From positions 213,750 through 277,749 of the forward strand of contig JBGAIB010000005.1 of the NCBI GenBank assembly GCA_044225825.1: DNA of 64,000 nucleotides, written 5' to 3'. Each line of letters begins with the position of its first letter. The stretch's first letter is position 1. The notes under the pieces are model-generated. The model did no database searches. It worked only from the letters and a program-made list of their open reading frames with translations, and was not told the DNA's origin. Below are positions 47,718-55,320 of the stretch, piece after piece. The position numbers and the translations under genes are program-made. Source of the DNA: Chitinophagales bacterium. Its GTDB lineage: Bacteria; Bacteroidota; Bacteroidia; Chitinophagales; LD1.

Positions 47718-48035
47718 CTAATCCTTATATCCTTTACTTTCGATGAATTGGTTAAACAAGTCAGCAAACATTTCTCTCGTATGAGAATCTGAACCTGAAT
47801 ACAAACGTATTAGTTTAACCCAATCAAAATTGTCTTTGTGTTCATAACGATGATTAACAAACTCTCGGAATTCCACCATAAATTGGGTAAGAAGCTCATT
47901 TTCCTCCTTTTCGAAAATGGCATATTTGTATCCTAAAATTACCAAACCCATTTCTTCCACTCTATTGACACCATACATCCCGGGTCTTTCATTAATGGCG
48001 TTAATAAACTTTATAAAATGATTAATCCGTTTCAT
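47718..48035 (-). CDS. cognate immunity candidate (cassette C, 105 aa)
   Basis: ATG directly abuts the toxin stop (TAAATG). Cytoplasmic-looking. Contains ERPGMYGV. Confidence 0.6.
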   Translation of the reverse strand: MKRINHFIKFINAINERPGMYGVNRVEEMGLVILGYKYAIFEKEENELLTQFMVEFREFVNHRYEHKDNFDWVKLIRLYSGSDSHTREMFADLFNQFIESKGYKD

Positions 48036-49004
48036 TTACTCGACTTTTGTAGAAAATTCTTGAATTAATTTTTCACCTGATATTGATACGGTTCCACCTT
48101 TATCGTAACGTACACCACCCATTTCTTGCATATATTTACTCATTTCAATTCCCTTTGTATAGAAATTATCAAAAACTGTGGTCACACCATCTTTGGTAAC
48201 CGTTGTATATTCATGTATACCGGTGTTTGCAAGCTGTTTTTCAAAATTCCCAATAAGACCACTACCATCCTTTAAATCAATTCGATAATGCGCAACTGTT
48301 GCTCCTTCTTTCTCTAAAGCAGGAGCAACTCGTTTCATAAAATCAGCCGCAAAATCCATGCAAGCAGTTCCTCCAATTTTCCCTGCGCCTTTAAGCAATA
48401 ACTCTCCACCGGGACCTATTAATCTTGTTAAAGGGCCAACAACCTTACCCAGCTTAAAGAAAGGAATTATACCCAAAGCTTCAATGATATAGTCCTTCTT
48501 AGTAATTTTTTCGTTTTGAGCTTTTTTATAAGCCAACGTTGAGCCTGGTACAATCAATTTAATCATCTCAACCTGGTTGTTGATAACCATTTGGCCCTCC
48601 GGACTTCCGTATAGCCCAGTGCCTCGAATTTCTGGTTGCGGTGCAACAATCTGTAGCACAGGCTGAGGTTTTATCTGGATGTCAAGGGGCTTCCTATACA
48701 AATTACCAATATCACCAGATCCCATATATTGACGCCCTAAGCCAATGTCTATCCATCCACTTTCTCTGCCATCAATGTCCACAAACTGAACAGGATCATT
48801 TTCTGCAAACTGGTATACAGTTAGCCACGGGTAATTCATTGCTAAAGGATCAACGCTTAAAAACCTCCCAAGCCTTGGATCATACACTCTAAAGCCATAA
48901 TCCTGCTGGCTTCCGGTTATACCCTTAGCCTCATCGTCATTTTCCTTTCCATTAAACCCATAACGATATGTATTTGAAGTATATATGCGCCCCGGCATTA
49001 GCAT
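48036..49004 (-). CDS. orphan Rhs-core-tip fragment + unassigned toxin domain (cassette C)
   Basis: MLMPGRIYTSNTYRYGFNGKENDDEAKG...YGFRVYDPRLGRFLSVDPL...VQFVDIDGRES, then a ~240-aa variable C-terminus with no motif I can assign. Confidence 0.75.
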   Translation of the reverse strand: MLMPGRIYTSNTYRYGFNGKENDDEAKGITGSQQDYGFRVYDPRLGRFLSVDPLAMNYPWLTVYQFAENDPVQFVDIDGRESGWIDIGLGRQYMGSGDIGNLYRKPLDIQIKPQPVLQIVAPQPEIRGTGLYGSPEGQMVINNQVEMIKLIVPGSTLAYKKAQNEKITKKDYIIEALGIIPFFKLGKVVGPLTRLIGPGGELLLKGAGKIGGTACMDFAADFMKRVAPALEKEGATVAHYRIDLKDGSGLIGNFEKQLANTGIHEYTTVTKDGVTTVFDNFYTKGIEMSKYMQEMGGVRYDKGGTVSISGEKLIQEFSTKVE

Positions 49005-49220
49005 CCCAAAGGGATAGTGGTATTTTTCAAAGAACTATGTATAAATATAACTGCTTTCTGTAGCTGGTAGTAATGTACCTTTCGATGTAGACAAGTTACA
49101 ATTGAAATAGGATTGCAAGGCATTACAAATGCCAAACCAGTTACATCCTCGTCCGCTTAGCTGAACCCTTGGCTTAAGACGAGGACGAGCTGGGGTATAC
49201 GGGTTCGCTTGCTGTTAGAA
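49005..49220 (-). repeat. conserved non-coding cassette leader, copy C
   Basis: See copy B. Contains the ggcattacaaatgcc hairpin (49119-49133) and the tcctcgtc (49146-53) / gacgagga (49178-85) stem. Confidence 0.8.
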
Positions 49221-49323
49221 ATATAATAAACCGGCACCTTATTGAACTGGACATCTCAGGTAATTGAACCATCAGTAACCCGCAATCATATTCCTGAGCG
49301 GCTTCACATTTTTGGTATGAACA

Positions 49324-49884
49324 CTACCGAAATATGACGCTAATGGGATTAGAGAGAGAGTCATTTAGATACAAACTTGCATGTTTTACTTTTTCAATAT
49401 TTCTAAAGTGACCTGGAAGTGAATGTACAACTTGATATCTATCAACAAAGGTGTTCAAATTTTTCGTATTCGTGATTGGTAAAATATATTTGGACATGTG
49501 TGTTCCACCAGGCAAAAGCAACACACATAACGGAGAATTTGCATCGGCTACTACTATTGCTGAAGAAAAATAGCTAGGCTGAATCTTATAGTAGGCTCGG
49601 ATTAGTATAGGATCAATGACAGAATCTATGGAAATATACGATACAAACAAAGAATCATATACTATTGCCTTTTTATGCACATTGCCCAAAGTCACTAACG
49701 TATCTAGTGAAATATTAGTTTTTATTACTGTCAATAGAATACATTTTTTTTTGACTTCAAAAGTATACTTTGATTGAATGTAATTATCCCTATAATAAAA
49801 TATTTTATGAGTAGAGCCAAGGCTTGTAAAATTAATTGAACATACACATAAAAGTAGGGCAAACAATATCTTTCTTGTAATCAT
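49324..49884 (-). CDS. cognate immunity candidate with signal peptide (cassette D)
   Basis: Track ORF starts at TTG 49917. ATG 49884 gives a clean signal peptide MITRKILFALLLCVCSINFTSLGS. Confidence 0.55.
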   Translation of the reverse strand: MITRKILFALLLCVCSINFTSLGSTHKIFYYRDNYIQSKYTFEVKKKCILLTVIKTNISLDTLVTLGNVHKKAIVYDSLFVSYISIDSVIDPILIRAYYKIQPSYFSSAIVVADANSPLCVLLLPGGTHMSKYILPITNTKNLNTFVDRYQVVHSLPGHFRNIEKVKHASLYLNDSLSNPISVIFR

Positions 49885-49955
49885 ATTTTTCCTGTTTTCA
49901 AACTGATCATGCACCAATCTTTTTAAACCACCATAACCTATACCATTTTTGTTTA

Positions 49956-50933
49956 CTATTTATCAGCACCTTGTTTTGGACCAGGTTCAAAATTCCAATC
50001 ATCATTTTTCGATGGCTCTAGCGGTGAGCCACTTGTTCCTTCCGGTTTACTAGAATAATCATCAGGAAGAGGAGAGTTCCACTGATAATCTGTACCGGGT
50101 ACGTTTGGAAGCCCCTTCAATACTTGATTTTGAGGATATGGCCCCTTGTAGTGTGAAGGATCATTATCAACACCCGGATTAATATGATCGGAACCATCTC
50201 TAAGTTTTTTATGGAACAACTTTCTTACCAAATTTTCAAATCCAACTGCCCATTGATGCTGATCGTTAGCGTTAAAATACAGATAGCCAATTGGATGTCC
50301 TAACTCATGCCAAAATACAAAAAATTTTGACTGAAAGTAACCTGCCTGTGCATATCCAAAGTTTGAACCAATGCCTGTTGCTGCATACAATGTTTGTCCA
50401 GCATAGCCCATAGGGGTTGTTGCATTAGCCTCGTCAACCACATACTGCTTCCGGTCTGCACTCCATGTGAAGTTGGTCAAATCAAATCCCATAAATTCAT
50501 AATGCATGTTGATATTATTTACAACCTTAGCAATGAAATAATCTAAAATAATTTTACGATTCCCCGTAAAATGCATGTTTTGTCCATTATGCACTAGCTG
50601 ATTGCCATTAAAACTAAAACCATTATCCTTTCCAAACGTCCGTCTAAGTATTCTTAGTATAGTCTTCTGGCTTGAAGCATTAAAACAAAAAAAGTCCTCT
50701 CCTCCTTTATCCATGAACAATATCGGAGAGTTGCCGCCAAAACTATAGGGTGCTAAGTAAGGATAGGATGCTGATAAAGGATCTATGCTCAACCATCTTC
50801 CTAACCTATTATCAAAAATCCTCGCACCAAAATCCAAACTATTGCCATCTTCTTTTATTTCATTATCCTTTTCCATACCATTGAAGCCATAACGATATGT
50901 ATTTGAGGAGTATATACGCCCTGGCATTAGCAT
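49956..50933 (-). CDS. orphan Rhs-core-tip fragment + HExxH zinc-metallopeptidase-like toxin domain (cassette D)
   Basis: MLMPGRIYSSNTYRYGFNGMEKDNE...FGARIFDNRLGRWLSIDPL...ILFMDKGGEDF, then the C-terminal domain with FFVFWHELGHPIGY (HExxH). Confidence 0.7.
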   Translation of the reverse strand: MLMPGRIYSSNTYRYGFNGMEKDNEIKEDGNSLDFGARIFDNRLGRWLSIDPLSASYPYLAPYSFGGNSPILFMDKGGEDFFCFNASSQKTILRILRRTFGKDNGFSFNGNQLVHNGQNMHFTGNRKIILDYFIAKVVNNINMHYEFMGFDLTNFTWSADRKQYVVDEANATTPMGYAGQTLYAATGIGSNFGYAQAGYFQSKFFVFWHELGHPIGYLYFNANDQHQWAVGFENLVRKLFHKKLRDGSDHINPGVDNDPSHYKGPYPQNQVLKGLPNVPGTDYQWNSPLPDDYSSKPEGTSGSPLEPSKNDDWNFEPGPKQGADK

Positions 50934-51080
50934 CCCAAAGGGATAGAGATATTTTCAAAGAACTACATATAAATATAAACATTCCTTCGTTAGCAGGCAG
51001 TGAAATTGTTTTTGCTATAAATTGACGACACAGATGATAGAGTAATCGGGCATTACAAATGCTGGCCTCGGACGAGATTG
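50934..51080 (-). repeat. conserved non-coding cassette leader, copy D (more diverged)
   Basis: Shares gggatag..tattttcaaagaacta.atataaatataa, then gggcattacaaatgc and ggacgag blocks with copies B and C. Confidence 0.6.
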
Positions 51081-51244
51081 TTATGAAATTTAGCAGAGCC
51101 TTTTAATTTCCTCTTATCGCTTCTGATTTTTAGGGGTGTTTGTATGTCAAGTATTAGGATATGCCATTTTTAAAAAGTTTCGACCATGATAATATGAGCA
51201 TATAACAAAGGGCGTCTTGAAGAAATCATGAGCATCTTTTTCAC

Positions 51245-51670
51245 TCATTTCGAGACATAAATGATTCTATCATATACATCCGTAGTTATATAAGCCTCAG
51301 GATGATTTAAAGAAGACAAAACGAAATACTGATTTCCAGGATAAATTCGGAACCGACTTGGACCTAATGTATCGCTTACTTCATCTATTACCAATCCTGT
51401 CGTATCTATCTGTCTTAAAAGATCAATTGCCTTCTTCTTCTCTATCGAATCTCCGATGGAAAAAAAATTATCCTCATCTGTTGGTCCTACTCTTAGAATG
51501 ATTCGCTTTATTCTAGAAGCAAGTATCATAGAGTCGCTTGGGCTTGAGCCTTTATTGCAATCTCTTATTTTTACCATACCCCAAGAAAATATAATACCAC
51601 AGATCCCGATTACAACTCGTCCTCGCATTGACCATACAGCCCTTCTATATAGTTGCCTTGATGTTATCAT
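51245..51670 (-). CDS. cognate immunity candidate (cassette E, 141 aa)
   Basis: ATG overlaps the toxin stop in an ATGA arrangement (51667-51670). One N-terminal hydrophobic helix (VVIGICGIIFSWGMV). Confidence 0.6.
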   Translation of the reverse strand: MITSRQLYRRAVWSMRGRVVIGICGIIFSWGMVKIRDCNKGSSPSDSMILASRIKRIILRVGPTDEDNFFSIGDSIEKKKAIDLLRQIDTTGLVIDEVSDTLGPSRFRIYPGNQYFVLSSLNHPEAYITTDVYDRIIYVSK

Positions 51671-52644
51671 TCCTGTTCGTCTTGTTTATTTTGCTGTTTT
51701 TTCTTATTCGCATCTTCAAATGCAGAATCAAGCTCATTAGCAGCCTGAATACGTGCATTGTTCATGATCTTTTCGATTTTCTTTTTAACCATTTCTTGGG
51801 GTTTGTATAGATATAAGGTTTCACCAAATTTGACATTTTTAGCATTAGGATCATTTTTAACATCATCAGCGCTTTTCTTATGCTCCTCATCGAGCCATTT
51901 CTTGTTGAATGTAAATGTTCCATTCTCATCTACCTCACCTATCCCTTCGGTTTGTAAAATCTGAACTGCTTTTGCGTCAAGCAATAGTTGATAATAATCG
52001 GTTTTTTTAAATTCTGTATATTGATCTGCAGAAAAAGATGCCGTAGATATCATTAATTCTAAAGCTACGGCGGCATCAACTTTTCCAAGTTGCTCTAATG
52101 AACTACCTACCTTCATGCCAATCACTCCTAAACCTATACCTAACCAATCACTGAACCCGAAGCTTACGCTATTATCTTTGCCTGCTAGGATTGCCTTTGT
52201 AAAGGTCGCACTCCAACTAATTTCAGGTAAAAAGGGTACACATCCAGCGATGTTTAGTGCCTTCAAATCAGATATTTTAGTAACTTTTATTTGTGCTGAA
52301 GAAATCTTATGAAAACCTTCATGGCCTTGTTTACCTAGTGGACACGTTCCAATATAGCATAATGTACTTTCAATCCAGTAATTGCCATCTATTTCGACAT
52401 TTTTTATGGGCGAGTTAGAAACAAAAGCAAAGGGTGAAACATCAGGATAATCCTTATTCAATGGATCTACTGATAACCATTTGGCAATCCGGCTATCGTA
52501 TATTCTTGCACCTGCATCAAAGCTGTTTGTCGTGCCATTTATTTCTCCATCACTTTCCTTTCCATTAAACCCATAACGGTATGTATCTGAGGAGTATATG
52601 CGCCCTGGCATTAGCATCCCAAACGGATAGTAATGCATTTTCAA
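51667..52644 (-). CDS. orphan Rhs-core-tip fragment + unassigned toxin domain (cassette E)
   Basis: MKMHYYPFGMLMPGRIYSSDTYRYGFNGKESDGE...AGARIYDSRIAKWLSVDPL...IKNVEIDGNYW, then a variable C-terminus with a hydrophobic Gly-rich stretch (FSDWLGIGLGVIGMKVGSS). Confidence 0.75.
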   Translation of the reverse strand: MKMHYYPFGMLMPGRIYSSDTYRYGFNGKESDGEINGTTNSFDAGARIYDSRIAKWLSVDPLNKDYPDVSPFAFVSNSPIKNVEIDGNYWIESTLCYIGTCPLGKQGHEGFHKISSAQIKVTKISDLKALNIAGCVPFLPEISWSATFTKAILAGKDNSVSFGFSDWLGIGLGVIGMKVGSSLEQLGKVDAAVALELMISTASFSADQYTEFKKTDYYQLLLDAKAVQILQTEGIGEVDENGTFTFNKKWLDEEHKKSADDVKNDPNAKNVKFGETLYLYKPQEMVKKKIEKIMNNARIQAANELDSAFEDANKKKQQNKQDEQE

Positions 52645-52680
52645 AGAACATTAGGCTAATATATGATATTATGGTTTAAG

Positions 52681-52703
52681 TAGTCCCGACAGGAATCGAA
52701 CCC
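52681..52703 (-). other. tRNA 3'-end-like fragment (T-loop + acceptor 3' strand), possible old att remnant
   Basis: The minus strand reads GGGTTCGATTCCTGTCGGGACTA: GTTCGATTC T-loop consensus plus a 7-nt acceptor-like strand. The sequence 5' of it does not fold into a cloverleaf. Confidence 0.35.
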
Positions 52704-52798
52704 TTATTGATGGATTACGCCCTAATAGCTATATGTGCCGGAAAGATGAATTACTTATAGCTCTCTTAAAATAAAGTTGGTTACAATTATCAATGCCC

Positions 52799-53500
52799 CT
52801 ACTTCCCCAACCTACCCTTAAACCTACGCACCACTCCTATCAAATTTAAAGTTTCGCTGATGGCCTGTAGGACAGTTTTAAGAGAGCCGCCTTTGGGGGC
52901 ACCGGCCATGCGCGACATATAAACGGAGGGTAGTTGTTTTACCTGCGCACCGGCCTTTAGCAGTTTGGCTGCCAGTTCGCTTTCTACCAGTGAGCTGTGT
53001 AGTTCGATACCGGTAAAGCTGAGTTGCTCTTTACGATACACCTTTATCCAGTTTACATCGTGCAGGGTGATGCCTAAAAAGATGCGGTTAAAGAAGCGGT
53101 TGGAGCGGTGCAGGATGGTGCGGTAGAAATTGTAATCGGGTTGCGGGCGGTAGAAACTGTAGAACATGGTGTTGGCAAAAGGTTCTACCTTTTCCAGTTC
53201 CCAGATATCGAATTGCCCGTCGCCGGGCACGGCGCATACATAATCGTATTGCGCAGTAAGGTAACCGCTGCGCAGTGCTTCGCCGATGCCTTTGTTAAGT
53301 TGGTGGCGGATTACTTTTAAGGTGCTTATCTGTTGTTGTAACACCTCGGCAATAGCGGGTGTTTTATCGGTGCTGCCGTCATCTACCAGGATGATTTCCC
53401 AATCGCCGGCATTTTTGGTTAAGAACTCAGCAACCTGATTGACCGTTTTGGCCAGGGCACCTTCTTCGTTATAGGCAAATACAATGATAGACCAGTTCAC
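52799..53500 (-). CDS. GT2-family glycosyltransferase, polyprenyl-phosphate sugar synthase-like (soluble, 233 aa)
   Basis: GTG start. IIVFAYNEEGALAKTV...EIILVDDGSTDKT (GT-A DxD region) resembles Dpm1/ArnC/GtrB-type enzymes. Last gene of the minus-strand PhyH operon. Confidence 0.75.
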   Translation of the reverse strand: MNWSIIVFAYNEEGALAKTVNQVAEFLTKNAGDWEIILVDDGSTDKTPAIAEVLQQQISTLKVIRHQLNKGIGEALRSGYLTAQYDYVCAVPGDGQFDIWELEKVEPFANTMFYSFYRPQPDYNFYRTILHRSNRFFNRIFLGITLHDVNWIKVYRKEQLSFTGIELHSSLVESELAAKLLKAGAQVKQLPSVYMSRMAGAPKGGSLKTVLQAISETLNLIGVVRRFKGRLGK

Positions 53501-53515
53501 GTGCGGGTTACTTAT

Positions 53516-54385
53516 TTAGCGCCACAATTTAGCCAGCCGGGCAAAGAATCCCTGCGTTGGGGCCTTTAGTGTTTTATACTTTAGGAGGTTGGTAAGCGCT
53601 GCAGTGTCCAGTTGATACGCTGGTTGCGGAAATACCTTTACCTGTGTTAAGCGTTTGTTACCTTCCTGTATGTTTCCTTCTAAAAAGAAATCGACATTGC
53701 TTTCATACACTTCTACCTGTGCGTTATTGCCATAGTAGTAATACATAGTGGCGGTTTGGGGTATGATGCCATAAACAGCCGCCAGGCGCAGGCCGTTGCT
53801 GCGATTGGGGTCGCTGGCATGGATAAGGCGATGGTCGTAGATGAGGGCTTCGCCGGCCTTCATGTAAAGCGGTTTCATCTGGGCCCATATTTCGTTCTGC
53901 ACGGGCTGGTATACATCGGGTAAGCCCGGACCGCGATAGGTTTTAAGCCAGGCATGGCTTTGCGGTGTAACCTTTATTACGCCGTTGTTACCGTTTAAAT
54001 CAACCAAAGGCACCCAGATGTTGAAGGAGCGGAAGACATCTTCATCCACAATGTTCCAGTCCTGATGGGGGTTCAGTTTATCCTGTTGGGTGGGCCCTTT
54101 TACCACAAATGAACCGCCCAGGGGTTGGCACTGGTTAAAGTAATGCGCAATAGGTTCGGCGAATACTTCCCGTATCTTTTGATTCATCTGCTTGCGGAAA
54201 GCGATATCGGTAACATGGGCTGTGGCGTAAAAGCCGTTGACGCCCTGCGGGTGGTGGGCATTAAAAAATGCTACTAAATCCTGCACGGCGGCCTGGTTTA
54301 AAAAGGGCACTACCACATAACCTTCGGCAAGCAGTTGCTGATCTAATTCGGGATTGTGTAAAATGGGTGCTGTATAGGGTTGCAA
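53516..54385 (-). CDS. PhyH-family Fe(II)/2OG dioxygenase (paralogue 4)
   Basis: TTG start 2 nt after the upstream stop. HNPELDQQLLAEGYVVVPFL, NPHQDWNIVDE, WVPLVDL, LIHASDPNRSNGLRLA, tail QGFFARLAKLWR. Confidence 0.75.
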   Translation of the reverse strand: MQPYTAPILHNPELDQQLLAEGYVVVPFLNQAAVQDLVAFFNAHHPQGVNGFYATAHVTDIAFRKQMNQKIREVFAEPIAHYFNQCQPLGGSFVVKGPTQQDKLNPHQDWNIVDEDVFRSFNIWVPLVDLNGNNGVIKVTPQSHAWLKTYRGPGLPDVYQPVQNEIWAQMKPLYMKAGEALIYDHRLIHASDPNRSNGLRLAAVYGIIPQTATMYYYYGNNAQVEVYESNVDFFLEGNIQEGNKRLTQVKVFPQPAYQLDTAALTNLLKYKTLKAPTQGFFARLAKLWR

Positions 54386-54387
54386 GA

Positions 54388-55320
54388 TTACCTGAATAAG
54401 TTTTGAAGAAATTTACGGATAGGATTTGCAGGAACCGATGCGGGAGGCACTGATGCCTTTGTTTTTAGTGCGAAGCCTGCACCGGTTTTCATCCGGGCTA
54501 ACTCTACCATTAAAGCATCGCCGGTAAGTTGCTTCAAGGAGTAAGGTATAGTACCCACCGAACGGCCCATTTTGGGGCGTTGGCCGATATCGTTCATAAA
54601 ATCGCTGAAGCGAATGAGGAAGTCATCGTCCATTTCAAACACTTCCAGTTCCTGCTTATCCGGTACCTTGTAATGAAAGCGCATTTGTGCTCCCTTACTT
54701 TTAATACCTGCCGTAATTGCTTTGCGTACGGCATTACTTGTATTGGGCGGCGAATAATGTATTACACTTTGGTTGAGTATAACAGCCGTGCCTGCTTTTA
54801 CGAGCATGGGCTCCAACTCGGCTAATACAAGTTCATCGCTGCCACTGAAGAAGAAAGGCAGGGTTGGTGCACGTATAACGTGGCGGTTAGCACACTGGCT
54901 ACCGGGCATTATTTCGATTGGGCCGTTATCGGCCGTTATATCGCAGAGCGGCACCCAGCAGTTGAGTGCTACATCGGTTGTTTCATTCACTATGGTCCAG
55001 TCCTGATGCGGGGCCAGGGCGCTGTTGGGGCCGGGCACTTTATAAAGGAATGCTCCACCGAAAGGGGTATAGTCCACAAACAAACTTTCGTACGCGCGGG
55101 TAAACACTTTTACAATTTCATCGCTGGCCGCTTTTTTATAGTCGTAATCGGGACTGTAACTGCCGCTAAAAAAACCACCAGTGCCTAAGTTGGGGTGCAG
55201 TTCATCGAAACGTTTATTCAGATGCGCTACTTCTTCTGCATTGATAAAAGGCAGCACAATAAAGCCCTGCTTATCGAACAGTTGCTGATGTGCCTCGCTT
55301 TTAAATATGCGTGTACCCAT
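54388..55320 (-). CDS. PhyH-family Fe(II)/2OG dioxygenase (paralogue 5)
   Basis: SEAHQQLFDKQGFIVLPFI, APHQDWTIVNE, WVPLCDI, VIHYSPPNTSNAVRKA, tail IRKFLQNLFR. TAATG 1-nt overlap with the upstream gene. Confidence 0.78.
   Translation of the reverse strand: MGTRIFKSEAHQQLFDKQGFIVLPFINAEEVAHLNKRFDELHPNLGTGGFFSGSYSPDYDYKKAASDEIVKVFTRAYESLFVDYTPFGGAFLYKVPGPNSALAPHQDWTIVNETTDVALNCWVPLCDITADNGPIEIMPGSQCANRHVIRAPTLPFFFSGSDELVLAELEPMLVKAGTAVILNQSVIHYSPPNTSNAVRKAITAGIKSKGAQMRFHYKVPDKQELEVFEMDDDFLIRFSDFMNDIGQRPKMGRSVGTIPYSLKQLTGDALMVELARMKTGAGFALKTKASVPPASVPANPIRKFLQNLFR

Noticed and set aside
47480-52670. Integron-like gene-cassette array, with the leader hairpins acting as attC sites.
   Set aside because: There is no intI-type integrase or attI in the window. 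The conserved element lies 5' of each ORF and continues into conserved coding sequence, unlike attC. The architecture is fully explained by the Rhs orphan-module paradigm. I keep it only as a remote possibility under the leader finding.
52681-52760. A complete tRNA gene on the minus strand.
   Set aside because: Only the T-loop and 3' acceptor strand are recognisable. The required 5' acceptor strand (complement of CGGGACT) and the D/anticodon arms are absent, and the T-stem pairs only 4/5. Reported as a fragment, not an RNA gene.
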